DNA of 64,000 nt from an uncultured Planctomycetaceae bacterium (GTDB lineage: Bacteria > Planctomycetota > Planctomycetia > Planctomycetales > Planctomycetaceae), in the NCBI GenBank assembly GCA_963813715.1, contig CAWFAK010000009.1:576001-640000 (forward strand). The letters run 5' to 3'. A model generated the notes under the pieces. It worked only from the letters and a program-made list of their open reading frames with translations. It ran no database searches and was not told the origin of the DNA. Both the position numbers and the translations under genes were made by a program. This document shows positions 54,537 through 64,000 of the stretch, piece after piece. Within the stretch, counting starts at the first letter, position 1; each line of letters starts with the position of its first letter.

Positions 54537-56173
54537 GTGTCGACCAGTCTGTCGCGAATCGAAGGCTGGATTGAGGGCGTCAATCGCCTTCCGCGGCTGT
54601 GGCTGGCACTGTTCGCACTGCTGATGGCCGTGCAAATCAGCCCGTGGCTGTATCCGACCGTCGATGGGTGTCTGTACATGAAGACGGCTCGCGACTTCCT
54701 CGCGGCGCCGTCGCTCTCCGAGTTTCGGTGCCTGGTTCCACCCGGTTACCCGGCCCTGATCACGCCCGCATTCCTTTTGGGCAATCGCCCGTTTTTGGCG
54801 ATTGCCGTTTTGCAGTGGTTGATGTCCGTGGCGCTGATCGGCGGCGTGTACGTTTGGGCTCGGCGGCAGTTCCCGTCGATGGCCGTGCTGTTGACCGCGG
54901 CGGTCATGTTCAACATCAGCCTCTGGACTTACTACCGCCGCCCGACGAAAGAAATTGCCACGCTGGCCGTGTTGATGTGGACGGTCAACTTGATGCACCG
55001 ATTGCTCGACGAGCGAAAAATCGGGCGCGTTGTAGCGCTCACGGCGGCGGCGGCGGTGCTTGCCGCCTACGTGTCGCTGATGCGCTATACCGCCATCACA
55101 TTGACGCTCGGCTTCGGCCTCGCAGCCGCCTGGCTTGCGTGGAAACAGGCGATCGGCTGGCCGCGGGCGGTCGCCATGTCGGCAACGGTCGGCCTCGTGG
55201 CCGCGCTGACGCTCGGCGCCTGGCTTTACTACGACCGCACGTACGGCGCCGGCGGAATCTATCTCCGTGAAGTGATGAGCGTTTATAGCCACCAAGCGCC
55301 GCGGATCGCCAAGCACAGGACGAGTTCGAGCGAGTCCGATTCGGCGCCGAGACTCTCGACAGCTCGTCGAGCGAGGCGGCCACCTCAGACGACGAGTCGG
55401 CGGGGCACAGTCCGCCCATGCGGTTCTTGCAGGGCATGATCTTTCGCATCAACGATATCGGCTGTCTCTGTGTCCCCGGCTTCTGGAAGTCGACCGTGGA
55501 TCCGTGGCAGCTGCCTCACGCGTCGATGGTGCCCTTCATCGGGTTGATGGTGGTGCTCGGCATCGGTTGGTGGAAAATTGTCCGTCGCCGTCTCGACGTG
55601 CTGGCACTGATGTTGCCCGCCTATTTCCTGCTTTATTCGCACTGGGTCTGCGACCAGCCCGGCGGCCGCTTCATGTTGCCGATGCTGCCGATCCTCGTCG
55701 CTTCCGCGTGGTTCGGCGTAGCCGCACTCGTTCGCCGGCGGGCCGTGCTCGTGTTCGGGCTCTTGCTGTGCGTCCATTTGGTGCAGGCGGGCGGCTACTG
55801 GGTGCTGGTCGATGCGCCGCGGGCCCGCGCGAACGATCAGAATTGGTCCCTCGTCGATCGCCTGGCCGACCAGATTCGCAAGCGACACGGCGAAGTCGCG
55901 CTGGCAACCTCGGTCGAACAGAACTGCCACGGGCTGTGGCTCGAGCTCGACTGGAGCTATCCGCTGCGCAATCTCGAAATGCAATTTAGCCCGCGGGTCG
56001 TCTGGATCGTCGAGCCGGCCGGCCTCAAACCGCCGAAAGGGTTCAGCGTCAATCGGGTCGACGGGCCCGTTCAGCTGGCGTGCCGCAATCCGGACAAACC
56101 CGCGGCGACAGCGACGAGTCAGGCGTACGCAGCTGCCAAGCATGCGATGAACGCGATCGCGGGCAACCCCTGA
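54537..56173 (+). CDS. Multi-pass membrane protein, probable GT-C (ArnT/PMT-like) glycosyltransferase; frameshift(s) near 55330-55400
   Basis: DGCLYM..AR first loop, PPGYPALI, TKE, GRFMLPMLP. Confidence 0.65.
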
Positions 56174-56254
56174 CGGAGCCCGCTCTTCGTCAGTCGTGCT
56201 CCGAGTTCGTTCCTTTCCGTCTCTGCCCGTGACTTTTGCCGGAACGCCCAGACC

Positions 56255-58060
56255 ATGGCTGAATCACCCGCACTCGCCCAAAGGTCCCGCGCGGCCACCG
56301 ACGGAAGCGCGCGCCCCGCACAGTTTGCACAATGGCTGGCGCGAACGCCGGTGCGGCTGGGGCTATTGCTGCTGGCGTGTGCCGTCCCGCGGGTCATCGT
56401 CGCCTATCGACTGACGGCAGTCAGCGACGACGCCTTTTCGTATCTGCACGTCGCCGATTCGCTCGAACGGGGGCGTTTCACCCAAGCGCTCGACTATCTG
56501 AATTTGAACGTCTATCCGGTTGTGCTGGTCGCGCTGCACAAGCTGGGGCTGGAGTGGACCGTCGCCGGCAAGGTGTGGGGCGTGCTGATGGGAACGGCCA
56601 TCGCCATCCCGCTGTTCGGCTGGTTGCGGCGGATGTTCGACGAACGGCTGGCGACGGCCGGCGTCTTCTTGTATGCCGTCCATCCCAAGCTGATCGAATT
56701 CTCGGTCGAGCCGATTCGCGAAGCGACGCTGTGGTTCTTCTTCGTGCTGGGACTCGACTTTCTGTGGCGCTCGTTCGAGGAACGCCGCTGGTGGCAGTTC
56801 GCCGTCGCGGGAGCCGCGTTGGCGCTGGCCTTGCACACACGGATTGAAGGTTGGTTCTTGCTCGCTCCGCTGGCGGTGTGGGGAGCAGTCTGCTGGTGGC
56901 GCGTGCCCGCCGCGCGAATGCGATTGACCGTGGGCGTTTTGTTGTGCCTGGCCATGACTCCGCTGTTGGTCCTGGCACTCAACGTGACGGTATTGGCCCG
57001 CCACTCGCAATGGGAATTCGGCCGCATGACGCCGTTCGCGCTCGTCGCCCATTGGGTTCGACCTGTCGCAACGCCGCCGGCACAACAGACAGACGCACCA
57101 GCGAATGCTGCGCCGACACTCGCTGCGGCGCCGACGGCCGAACCGTCACCTCCGGCCGCCGCGCCGGCTCCGGTTGCGGCCGCTGACGCGACCTCGGTCA
57201 AATCGGAAACGGTCGGCTCGGCATCGGTCGGCTCGTCGGCCGACTTGAGCAATTCCGGGGTCGCCGCTCCGGCCAAGCCCGGGCGGGCGTTCCTCGCGCG
57301 GCGCGATCTGTTCGATTTCGTGCACACGCTGGGCGTGCAGTACCTCGTGCTGGCGCTGATCGGTTTTTGGAGTCTTCGCGCTCGTTTCCGCGATCCGCGG
57401 TTTGGCCTGCTGCCGCTTTGGACAGTCGCCACTTTGATCGCCATCTGGATCCAACTCGCTCATGTCGGCGAGATGAACGGTCGGTACTTCCTGACACTGG
57501 CCTTCATCGACGCGGGAGTCGCCGCGGCCGGCTTGATTGCTGTGATTGCCTGGCTGCAAACGGTCGTCGCGCAATGGTCCCCGGAGCGGACCAATCGACT
57601 CGTGGCCGTTGCGCTGGCACCGGTCTGCCTGTTAGCAGCCGGCTGGATCCAATCGTTTACGACCCGCCACACCAGCCGGCATCGCGAGGCGAAGCTCGGC
57701 TTGTGGGCCAAGCTGCGCACCGGACCGAGCCATCGTGCCGTGTCGGATTTTCAGGCCGTTCGGCCGGCCTATTTCGCCGCCGGCTACCTGCCGGAGGTCG
57801 TCAAATACGACGAATTCATGGACGCCGAGTTCGACCGCAATCCGCCCGATCTCCTGGTAATCGACCCGCACACGTTTCCGCCGCGGCTGTTACACTATTT
57901 TCTGGAGCGGGCGACGGACTTGGGATTGGCCCCGCTTGACCAGCAAGGCTTTTCAAGCGCGCCGCCAAAATTCCTGATCTACGCGCGGCCCACCGCAAGC
58001 CCGGCGAGACCCACCAATCTGCAGGCGGCCAACGTTCCGCCGGCAAGCGTGCGGAAGTAG
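56255..58060 (+). CDS. GT-C (family 39/PMT_2-like) membrane glycosyltransferase with Ala/Pro-rich insert
   Basis: DDAFSYL..A, NVYP, IRE, TRIEG, RYF. Confidence 0.75.
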   Translation: MAESPALAQRSRAATDGSARPAQFAQWLARTPVRLGLLLLACAVPRVIVAYRLTAVSDDAFSYLHVADSLERGRFTQALDYLNLNVYPVVLVALHKLGLEWTVAGKVWGVLMGTAIAIPLFGWLRRMFDERLATAGVFLYAVHPKLIEFSVEPIREATLWFFFVLGLDFLWRSFEERRWWQFAVAGAALALALHTRIEGWFLLAPLAVWGAVCWWRVPAARMRLTVGVLLCLAMTPLLVLALNVTVLARHSQWEFGRMTPFALVAHWVRPVATPPAQQTDAPANAAPTLAAAPTAEPSPPAAAPAPVAAADATSVKSETVGSASVGSSADLSNSGVAAPAKPGRAFLARRDLFDFVHTLGVQYLVLALIGFWSLRARFRDPRFGLLPLWTVATLIAIWIQLAHVGEMNGRYFLTLAFIDAGVAAAGLIAVIAWLQTVVAQWSPERTNRLVAVALAPVCLLAAGWIQSFTTRHTSRHREAKLGLWAKLRTGPSHRAVSDFQAVRPAYFAAGYLPEVVKYDEFMDAEFDRNPPDLLVIDPHTFPPRLLHYFLERATDLGLAPLDQQGFSSAPPKFLIYARPTASPARPTNLQAANVPPASVRK

Positions 58061-58235
58061 CAGTCGCGCTCGGGCAATGTGAGACCGAAAAGGCACGACA
58101 GGCACAGCCTGCCCAACAAGACGGCGAGCGCCCACCGTCCATCCAAAGCGCCGGCAACACCCGCGTGCCGCGTGAAGCGGCTTTGCATCGGCCAACCCGC
58201 TCCAGACGCACCGGTGCAGCCCGCGGGCTGCCTGC

Positions 58236-59939
58236 TCAGCGGCCGTTGAGGACGGCGGAGGTGAGGACGCCGCCCAGGTTCCAGAGCGACGGCTTGTCGT
58301 ACAGATTCAGGAGTCGCCAGCCGACTGCTTCGGGATTGGAGTGCGTCGCGAACCAGAGCGGCTTGGGGGACATCGTGAGCGGGCCAGTGAGGACGTTCTT
58401 CTCGACGCCTTCGAGCTGGTAGGTGTTGTGCACCCAGCCGATGCCGCTTTGCGCGTCGTCGAGCGTGCTGCCGGCCACGCCACCCCAGCCGGGAGACATC
58501 ATGGCGAAGCCGAGGCCGCTCCAGTGATTGATGCCGATCGTCCCGTAATCGAGCCGCGACAAGGCAGCTTGCAGCGCGGCTTCTCGCGTCGGGTCTTTGC
58601 GGAAGTCGGCCGGCAGCGTGATCGACGCAGCCAGCGTCCCCCACAACTCGCCATTCGCAAAGTCGACGGCCTGATTGAGGAAGGCGGCGTCCGAGTCCGC
58701 CGACAGCGGCGTTTCGACGCAGACGCACACGAACGATTCTTCCTTGAAGAACTGCGGCGAAGCCTGCGGCCCCATGCCACGCAACAGCGTCCAGGGAAGC
58801 TTGTCGCCGTCGCCCGTGCGGTTGGCGAAGCGGACGAACCGATCGAGGGCTCCGGGGTAGTAGGCTTTTCGCGGTGCGATGCTGTCGAGCACGCGTTGAA
58901 TCTTGTCCAAAAATCGCTCGCGGTCGGGCCACTTGGCCGAGGTGAGGATGACCTTGGTGGCAATGCAGTTGAACGAGCAGTTGTTGGTGATCGACGTGGC
59001 GATGTTCTGGGCCTGAAAATCGAGCTGCCGTTCCGTATATTTGCCGGGAACGACGATCCACGGGGTGACGTTGCCCAGTTCGCTGGAGATGGGTTTTTTG
59101 AGCACGGGATCGTTGTCGCGTTTGCGGCGATCGCGCTCAGGGCCGGGCGCTCCCCAGACGATGGCGTCGTGCGAGTTGATCGAGCCGGTGATGTGCACCT
59201 CGCCGACCAGATCGTGTTGGATGGCCGCCGCGCCGACGTCCGAACCGCCGTAAATAATCTGCAGATAACCGGCGTCGATCAGCGGTGCGTAGGCCCGCTC
59301 GAAGACGGGGCCCAGCGATTCGTTGACCGGATTCATCTTGAGCAGGACCGACCGCCCCTCTTGAAACAGCTTCGTAAAAGCGTCGGTGGTCGGAATCGAC
59401 GAGACGTTGCCCGCGCCCAGCACAAGTGCGATCCGCGGGTTGTCGGGATTCCAGCGGCCGGGGACTCCGTGCACGCACTGCTTGAGGGTTTCGGCCGTGA
59501 TCCCCGGCAACATCCGCGACTCGACTTTGAAGCCCTGGAACGTCAGCCCGTCATACAGACCCTGTGCCGGAAAGACCGGCACGCGGAGCCGAGCGTCGGT
59601 CCCCATCCAGGGGCGGCCCGGCAAACGCGGCTTCCCGTAGGCCTTGATGTCGCGCAGGCTCTGGATCAACAGCCGCAGGTGGCGAACCGTCGCGACTGGG
59701 CCGGTCATCACATCTTCGGCCCGCAGCGGGCTCTTCTCCGGCAGGCCTTTGAAGCGGCTGGAGACGGCAACCCATTGGTCCGCGGTCTGCATCGTGCCGT
59801 AGATGCAAATCTCAGCCAGACCGATCAGTTCGTCGGCAGAGGCCGCGGCCAACCGCGGGTGGGCCGCGTCGAGCACTTTGAGGCTGCGATCGAGCTGCGA
59901 TTCGGTCGTGCGCGTGGGGAGGGGCAGAGTTGTCGACAT
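58236..59939 (-). CDS. Aldehyde dehydrogenase family protein (atypical clade)
   Basis: VLGAGN, LKMNPVN, HITGS, SELGNVTP (Glu), NCSFNCIA (Cys). Confidence 0.88.
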   Translation of the reverse strand: MSTTLPLPTRTTESQLDRSLKVLDAAHPRLAAASADELIGLAEICIYGTMQTADQWVAVSSRFKGLPEKSPLRAEDVMTGPVATVRHLRLLIQSLRDIKAYGKPRLPGRPWMGTDARLRVPVFPAQGLYDGLTFQGFKVESRMLPGITAETLKQCVHGVPGRWNPDNPRIALVLGAGNVSSIPTTDAFTKLFQEGRSVLLKMNPVNESLGPVFERAYAPLIDAGYLQIIYGGSDVGAAAIQHDLVGEVHITGSINSHDAIVWGAPGPERDRRKRDNDPVLKKPISSELGNVTPWIVVPGKYTERQLDFQAQNIATSITNNCSFNCIATKVILTSAKWPDRERFLDKIQRVLDSIAPRKAYYPGALDRFVRFANRTGDGDKLPWTLLRGMGPQASPQFFKEESFVCVCVETPLSADSDAAFLNQAVDFANGELWGTLAASITLPADFRKDPTREAALQAALSRLDYGTIGINHWSGLGFAMMSPGWGGVAGSTLDDAQSGIGWVHNTYQLEGVEKNVLTGPLTMSPKPLWFATHSNPEAVGWRLLNLYDKPSLWNLGGVLTSAVLNGR

Positions 59940-60104
59940 AATCGTCTCGCGATGAGATGGTAGGCCGGGATGGCCGGGGAGAGCGATCGCCGCGAGCGAT
60001 GAAAACTTCGCGGCCAATGAAACGTCCCCATAATACGGCAGTCGATCGAAAGTCCAAAGCGTCCGGAGGCCCGCTACAATCGAATTTGAGGCGAGGGTGC
60101 GAAC

Positions 60105-61367
60105 GTGAGCGATGCGGACGGCGGGGCGGTTCGGGGGGACGCGAAGACCGGCGAAACGCCGGAAATCTCGATCATTACCCCCTGCTACAACGCCGTCAAG
60201 CACCTGCGGGACGCGCTCGAGAGCGTGGCCGGGCAGCGGGGCGTGCGGGTCGAGCACATCGTCGTCGACGCCGGCTCGCAGGACGGGACCGTCGAGATCC
60301 TCAAGCAGTTTCCGGCCGTGCGCTGGCTCTCGGAGCCGGACAGCGGCCAGGCCGACGCCTTCAATAAGGGGCTCGCGCTGGCCCGCGCTCCCTTAATCGG
60401 CTGGCTCAACGCGGACGACGTGTACGAGCCGGGAGCCCTCGCCCAGGTCGTTCAGTTCTTCCACAGGCATCCCCAGGCCGTGCTCGTCAACGGTCACCTC
60501 GCACGGGTCGACCCGGACGGCAAGCCGCTCGAATTCCTGCCCGCCCGCTCGAGCCGCTTTTGGCTAAGGCATTTCTGGTGGCGCTGGTATTGGCTCAACC
60601 ATCCGTCGACTTTTTATCGCAAGTCGCTCTTCGACGAAGTCGGCCCGATCGACGCGTCGCTGCACTACGCGATGGACTATGACTTCTATCTGCGGGCGTC
60701 GCAGCGGCACGAGTTTCACGATATCGACCTGCTGACGACGCGGATGCGCGTGCACCCAGAAGCTAAGACCAGCCAAGGCTGGGACAATTTCGCCGCCGAC
60801 GTCCGCCGCACGTTCGAGAAGGTCTGGAAGCCCGGGCATCCCTGGTTCTACCGCTACTCGCTCTTGGGCGTGCGGATGTATGCGGCGAAGAGCCACCTGT
60901 CCGAATCGTTCATCGCCCTCCGCGCGGGGAACCGTGCGAAGAGCTTCGCGGAACTGAAGCGGGCGGCGGCCTGGTGGCCCCTGTTGCCGCTCCTGCCGAC
61001 GTTTTATCCGTACGGCGCTCGCGTCGCCTTGCGGCTGGCGCTGGGAGAATCGCTGTATGGGCGATTGCCAAGACGTGGCGGCCAACCACCGTCGAGCGAG
61101 CAACACAAGGCGGACCCGGAACATCGGGAGCTGGTGGCGGTCTATCGAGCCAAGAATGGGATCGAAGCGCACCTTTTGAAAAATGCGTTGGAAGCCGCCG
61201 GCGTCTCAGCGCAGGTCGTGGGCGAGGCGCTAGCCGCAACAGAATCGAATCTTTGGTTTGCGGCACCGCAAATTTTGGTCAAGGCGGATCAGGCCGAGCA
61301 GGCGGCTCGCATGCTTCGCGAATTGGAAGAGGCTAGGTTGTCCCGCGCGACTGGCAACTCAGAGTGA
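60105..61367 (+). CDS. GT2 glycosyltransferase with C-terminal DUF2007-like domain
   Basis: ISIITPCYN, DAGSQDGT, WLNADD, HPS, AMDYD; tail VYRAKNGIEAHLLKNALEAAGV...ILVKADQAEQA. Confidence 0.88.
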   Translation: MSDADGGAVRGDAKTGETPEISIITPCYNAVKHLRDALESVAGQRGVRVEHIVVDAGSQDGTVEILKQFPAVRWLSEPDSGQADAFNKGLALARAPLIGWLNADDVYEPGALAQVVQFFHRHPQAVLVNGHLARVDPDGKPLEFLPARSSRFWLRHFWWRWYWLNHPSTFYRKSLFDEVGPIDASLHYAMDYDFYLRASQRHEFHDIDLLTTRMRVHPEAKTSQGWDNFAADVRRTFEKVWKPGHPWFYRYSLLGVRMYAAKSHLSESFIALRAGNRAKSFAELKRAAAWWPLLPLLPTFYPYGARVALRLALGESLYGRLPRRGGQPPSSEQHKADPEHRELVAVYRAKNGIEAHLLKNALEAAGVSAQVVGEALAATESNLWFAAPQILVKADQAEQAARMLRELEEARLSRATGNSE

Positions 61368-61416
61368 GCGCGTGGGCAACGGCCATGGCACAGCTGAGCA
61401 AGTTCGTCGCTGTTGA

Positions 61417-62590
61417 TTAGCCCAGATTCAGCGACTGGGCCACGCGCTTGAGCGATTCACGCAACGTGTGGCGGGCCGGCTGTTCGGGAGGCGTGCCGAG
61501 GATGCTATGCGCCAAGGTCGTGATGTCTCGCAGCGCTTCGCTGTCGGGCGCGGACTTGCGCAGCAAACGTCCGCTGCTTTCGACCGCCGCCATCGCAGGA
61601 TCGGAGGCGACGAGGAAAACCTCGTGCTCGTTGAGATGTCCCTCGATCGTCTGTCGCGAGATCGCGTCGAGGGAGGCCACGTACTGGTTAATCACCACGT
61701 AGTGCTTGCCCTGCGATCCCCGCCGCAACAGTGCCTCGAGCAGAGTCCGCATGCTGTGCAGCGAGGGAATTGTCGGCTTGGCCACGAGCACGACGTGCTG
61801 GCTCTTGGCGGCAAAATCGAGATCGACCTCTTCGAAGTGATGCCGGGCGTCGACCACCACCGTCGTAGCCAGTTGCATCGCGCAAGCGAGTGCCTTGAAG
61901 GCTACCTCGGGCGTGATCATGAATGGCGTGATTTCGCGATATGAGCCGACGAGCACGTAGAGGTTGTCTTCGAACTGGGCCATCGCCTCGGGCATCCGGG
62001 CTTCCATGTGGTCGAGGTCGATCACCAGGTCGTAGAGCGTGACCTTCGGACGGATGCCCAGGTAGTTGGCCAAGTCGCCCGAACGCCACCGCCTGCTCGG
62101 CGAGGATGCACGGCCCCTTCTCCAGGCGCCCGAGCTCAGAAGCGAGGTTCGCCGCCACGCTCGTGCAGCCAACTCCCTCGGTCGCGCCCAGCACGAGGAT
62201 GGTACGACATCGCGACGCGGCTTGCGGCGATTGGATCTCGAAGCGATGAATGGCCGAGCGCAGATCGTCCGGACGAAACGGCAGCTCGATTGTTTCCAGA
62301 GACGGTCGCCGCGCCGGCAGCACCGGTTCGTAGCCCGGGTCGAAGAGCACCAGGATCGGCCGGCCCGTCGCCGACGCCAGCAGCCGCTCAACGGCGTCGG
62401 GTGCAGAGTTGCGGCCGCTATGGACGACCAGGATCCGCGACTCGGACGGCCGCGCAGCGACGAAAGCCAAGCAGGCGTCGACGTCGGAAACTTCCGCCTC
62501 GACGTCGATCGACAGCTTCTCCAGTTCGCCTCGCACGGCGGCGCGCGGCGTCCCCTGGCAGCCGATCAGTAGTGCTTTCAGGTCGTACAT
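61417..62590 (-). CDS. CpaE/TadZ-like protein (pseudo-receiver plus MinD-like domain); frameshift(s) near 62080-62320
   Basis: GATEGVGCTSVAANLA, GDLANYLGIRPKVTLYDL, VVVDA, PTIPSL, VVINQY. Confidence 0.75.
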
Positions 62591-62854
62591 TAAGCAAATT
62601 TAGCATTGCGCAAGGCCTTGGGCGGGCGTGGTCCAGGACAACTTTAACCGGACCGCGATTAACGAAGCCATTTGTTCGCGTTGTGCCGACCCTCGGGACG
62701 CAAGGCGAATCGTCAAGTCGGCAAACAACTTACTTAAGCTGAAGCGCGTTTTTCGCCCGTAAAACGGGGCGATGTTGCGACAAAGCGGCGCGGGCCGCGC
62801 ACAGTGCGGCGCACCCTCGCTGGCAGTCGTCGGGTAGAAAAACAGCCGGGAACC

Positions 62855-63040
62855 TTAGGGTTCGCCAAAGGCCATTTCGTGCAGGCTGTCTTCGCCTTGC
62901 CACTCGCGCCAGTGGTCCCGCAAGCGGCGGGCGGCGTCGCCCACCTCGAGCTTGTGGGCGTCGTGGTCGGCGATTTCCAGTTGGCTGAAGAGGCTGCGGT
63001 AACGCTCGACGAACTGCTCCGGATCCATCTCGCTGGGCAT
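62855..63040 (-). CDS. Small hypothetical protein (61 aa)
   Basis: GGAGGGAGG RBS, GC3-rich codons, amphipathic helical sequence. Confidence 0.6.
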   Translation of the reverse strand: MPSEMDPEQFVERYRSLFSQLEIADHDAHKLEVGDAARRLRDHWREWQGEDSLHEMAFGEP

Positions 63041-63226
63041 CGTGCCTCCCTCCGTGATCGTGATCGCCCCACCCCCTCCGCTCCATGACTGACTGATCGG
63101 CTGTCCAAATGAGTCACTGACCGGGGCGTGATCGCCATGCTAGCGACCGGGCGTGCCCGCGATTGTAGCGACAAGGCCGCCGGATTGCGCGAGGTGCACG
63201 TCCGATTGCCGGCTTCATTTGTCGGC

Positions 63227-63676
63227 TCAAATATCCGACAGAGGCTCCGCGTCATCGAGTGCCTTGCGGTACTCGTCCGCGCGGCGGTCCGAGGGAGACC
63301 AGACGTTCGCGTCTTCGCGGATCTTGCGCACGGTGTCGGCGCTCGGGGGCGCGTTCGTGCCGAAGTGGCGTCCGCCGCGGCGGCGGTGCCGGGGCTCGAA
63401 CGATTCGACGTGATCGCCCTGCGCGATCTTCTGGGCCGTATAGATGTTCGAAGCCTGTGCCGTGCGTGCCGGCCGGTCGACCATCAGCCATAGCATCACG
63501 AGCAGCCCGCCCAGTCCGCACAGCAGGATGGCGATGGGCGTCCAGATGTCCTGGGCAAAGACCAGGGCAATCATCAGGCAGATACCGCCGCCGCCCGTCA
63601 TTACGAAGGTGGCGGCAAACAGACCGGCGGCGAGGCGCCCATGATCGGACTGATTGGGATTGTTGGCTTGGCGCAC
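63227..63676 (-). CDS. Hypothetical protein with two TM helices
   Basis: AGGGAG RBS, GTG start, two hydrophobic segments followed by a charged tail. Confidence 0.65.
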   Translation of the reverse strand: MRQANNPNQSDHGRLAAGLFAATFVMTGGGGICLMIALVFAQDIWTPIAILLCGLGGLLVMLWLMVDRPARTAQASNIYTAQKIAQGDHVESFEPRHRRRGGRHFGTNAPPSADTVRKIREDANVWSPSDRRADEYRKALDDAEPLSDI

Positions 63677-63743
63677 GATCGCTTCTCCCTGCGCAGGAGC
63701 CGATCCAACCGATTTCGAGGCCCGCGTTGCCGCGCCGCGTCGA

Positions 63744-64000
63744 TCAGCCGATCACTTTGTGGACGAAGATGTCGAGGTAGAACACGAGTATCGCCAGGCA
63801 CAGCACGAAGGCCATGCCGAAATACGTCGCGGCGATCTGCACCCGCTCACTGGGCCGTTTGCGGGTCACCGCCTCCCAGATTAAGAAAACCATGTGCCCG
63901 CCGTCGAGTACCGGAATGGGCAGGAAATTGAGCACCGCCAGATTCGCGCTCAAAATTCCCAGGAACAGGCACACTTCGGGGATTCCCTGCTGCGCGAAGC
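63744..64000 (-). CDS. rseP: RIP metalloprotease RseP (site-2 protease), 3' end only
   Basis: [19 protein letters not shown] motif. Confidence 0.9.
   Translation of the reverse strand, partial: FAQQGIPEVCLFLGILSANLAVLNFLPIPVLDGGHMVFLIWEAVTRKRPSERVQIAATYFGMAFVLCLAILVFYLDIFVHKVIG

Noticed and set aside
1..64000. CRISPR arrays, tRNA/rRNA, transposases, integrases, prophage or defence genes
   Set aside because: No regularly spaced repeats, tRNA arms or relevant protein motifs were seen by eye; a short RNA could have been missed

Overview
High-GC bacterial DNA whose gene content points to Planctomycetota (YTV-type Cys-rich protein, DUF1501 + DUF1549/DUF1553 pair, elongated ACP). About 48 genes are supportable. 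They include an accessory type II fatty-acid/polyketide cluster (fabZ-fabG-acp-fabZ-fabF-hydrolase), an orphan OmpR/CusRS-like two-component pair, an ECF sigma factor, an esterase fusion followed by tgt-yajC-secDF-ptsI, a 7Fe ferredoxin, a CE15 esterase, two aldehyde dehydrogenases, an ACT/DUF711 pair, a stand-alone nuoL/M/N-like trio followed by a degenerate sigma54-activator-like regulator, three glycosyltransferases, an orphan CpaE-like gene and the 3' end of rseP. About 20 genes, including secDF, tgt and fabG, are split by small indels. These are most simply long-read assembly errors, so such genes are reported as CDS with approximate joins. I found no rRNA, tRNA, CRISPR array, transposase or integrase. 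Best candidates for new biology: (1) a stand-alone NuoL/M/N-like module that has lost most proton-pumping residues, co-oriented with an ATPase-dead, GAFTGA-less enhancer-binding-like regulator; (2) a secreted esterase fused to what looks like a two-domain BPI/LBP (TULIP) lipid-binding fold; (3) the enoyl-reductase-less type II synthase cluster with an oversized ACP. All family assignments come from motif recognition by eye; no searches were run.
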